NCBI GenBank assembly: GCA_963662545.2
Contig: CAXXLL010000002.1
Location: 2,496,001 to 2,560,000 of the forward strand
Source of the DNA: Gammaproteobacteria bacterium
GTDB taxonomy: Bacteria > Pseudomonadota > Gammaproteobacteria > Ga0077536
Reading direction: 5' to 3'
Length of the DNA: 64,000 nucleotides
The notes beneath the pieces were generated by a model. The model was not told the origin of the DNA and did not search any database. It saw only the letters and a program-made list of their open reading frames with translations. The translations under genes and the position numbers were made by a program. Shown in pieces: positions 63,115 through 64,000 of the stretch (position 1 is its first letter; every line of letters starts with the position of its first letter).

Positions 63115-63291
63115 TTCCCTGATAATTCCCTGTTAACTTCTGACGCGTTTTATCGCAGGGTGCCGTAACGCGCTATAAACGCAGGATATTGGTAAAGCAC
63201 AGCCGGATTTACTGGCGGAAATCGAAAGATTTTCCCTGTATTTTCCCTGTAAACATGGGAGAGTAGTTCGCACCAGACTCCCTCTCCGCCA
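63115..63291 (+). repeat. TTCCCTG repeat pairs ending in a tRNA-Ser-like 3' end
   Basis: TTCCCTG at 63115, 63126, 63232, 63243; GTTCGCACCAGACTCCCTCTCCGCCA ending at 63291. Confidence 0.65.
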
Positions 63292-63614
63292 AACTTAAAA
63301 GTTAACATATTGATTAATAGATAGTTCATTCATTTAAATAATATCCGGCCCCCCGATTAGCCCCCAATCTGATCGTTGCCGCGGTCCTATCCGTCCGCTT
63401 CCTGGCGGCCGTGCGTGACGACAACACCCCCGCCAGGTAGGCGTCGATAAGTATTTCCAATCATTGCAGCCAACCAAACTTCCTTGAACCGGCCAGCGAC
63501 GGCCCGGCTTTGAAAACGCATTCCGAAGGGCCTGGGAATTAAGAGTCACCTGGTGCAATTTAATTCGGCGCGTAACGTACTGAAGCGGCGAGTAATGTCC
63601 AGTTAGACTTTTGG

Positions 63615-63638
63615 AAGTTACCGTCAAAGTTACCGTCA
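63615..63638. repeat. Perfect tandem 12-mer AAGTTACCGTCA (integrase arm-site-like)
   Basis: Direct repeat seen in sequence; the TGACGGTA core resembles P4-type integrase arm sites. Confidence 0.6.
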
Positions 63639-63915
63639 GCAGGATCGAGCTTCTAATCTAGAACTCAGGTGTAAAAACTCAGACTTGTTCTTACAGATGT
63701 CGATTCTAATTTTCGACCGTATCTGGCAACCGCCGAATGTCTCCTGCGCTCGATAGCGGACGTTCGCGCGAAAGGCTCGTGAGTCCGTTATGTGCCCGAA
63801 GCGGTCATCACTACAAACTCCGCAACGGTTAGTTCCTGCTCGAACAGTCGGGAAGAAACGGGTGGATCTGACCTGCCCCTACGAACTGGTCCAGTTTTCT
63901 GATGGCAGCTCACTC

Positions 63916-64000
63916 CTACGCCATATTCTTCACCATCCCGCCGTCGATGTCATAAGCTGCACCAGTGATAAAGCTAGCCCGTTCTGAGGACAGAAACGCA
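63916..64000 (-). CDS. SDR family oxidoreductase, C-terminal end (gene extends beyond window)
   Basis: Minus strand translates AFLSSERASFITGAAYDIDGGMVKNMA*. Confidence 0.8.
   Translation of the reverse strand, partial: AFLSSERASFITGAAYDIDGGMVKNMA

Overview
GC-rich bacterial chromosome segment, most likely a gammaproteobacterium (uvrC-pgsA-tRNA-Gly/Cys/Leu synteny). Bases 1 to ~51.5 kb are mostly metabolic genes, including a methanethiol oxidase (mtoX) with a SCO-MauG fusion partner, an aldehyde:ferredoxin oxidoreductase with MoaD, a stand-alone squalene-hopene cyclase, acyl-CoA enzymes and a diguanylate cyclase. This part also holds two near-identical inverted IS630 copies, three copies of a ~162-bp IS5-like MITE and several short gene remnants (uvrY-like, NadM-Nudix, CMD, CoA-binding, TPR). 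From ~51.6 kb to the end is a mosaic accessory island: tRNA-Ser 3'-end remnants, two related IS481/IS3-like DDE elements bracketing redox cargo, resolvase and IS91 remnants, and recombinase/integrase-type repeat arrays. I cannot show a clearly new multi-gene system. The best leads are the tRNA-Ser-derived att-like/repeat architecture, the paired DDE elements, the MITE family and the MTO locus. All calls come from motif recognition by eye; no database searches were run.
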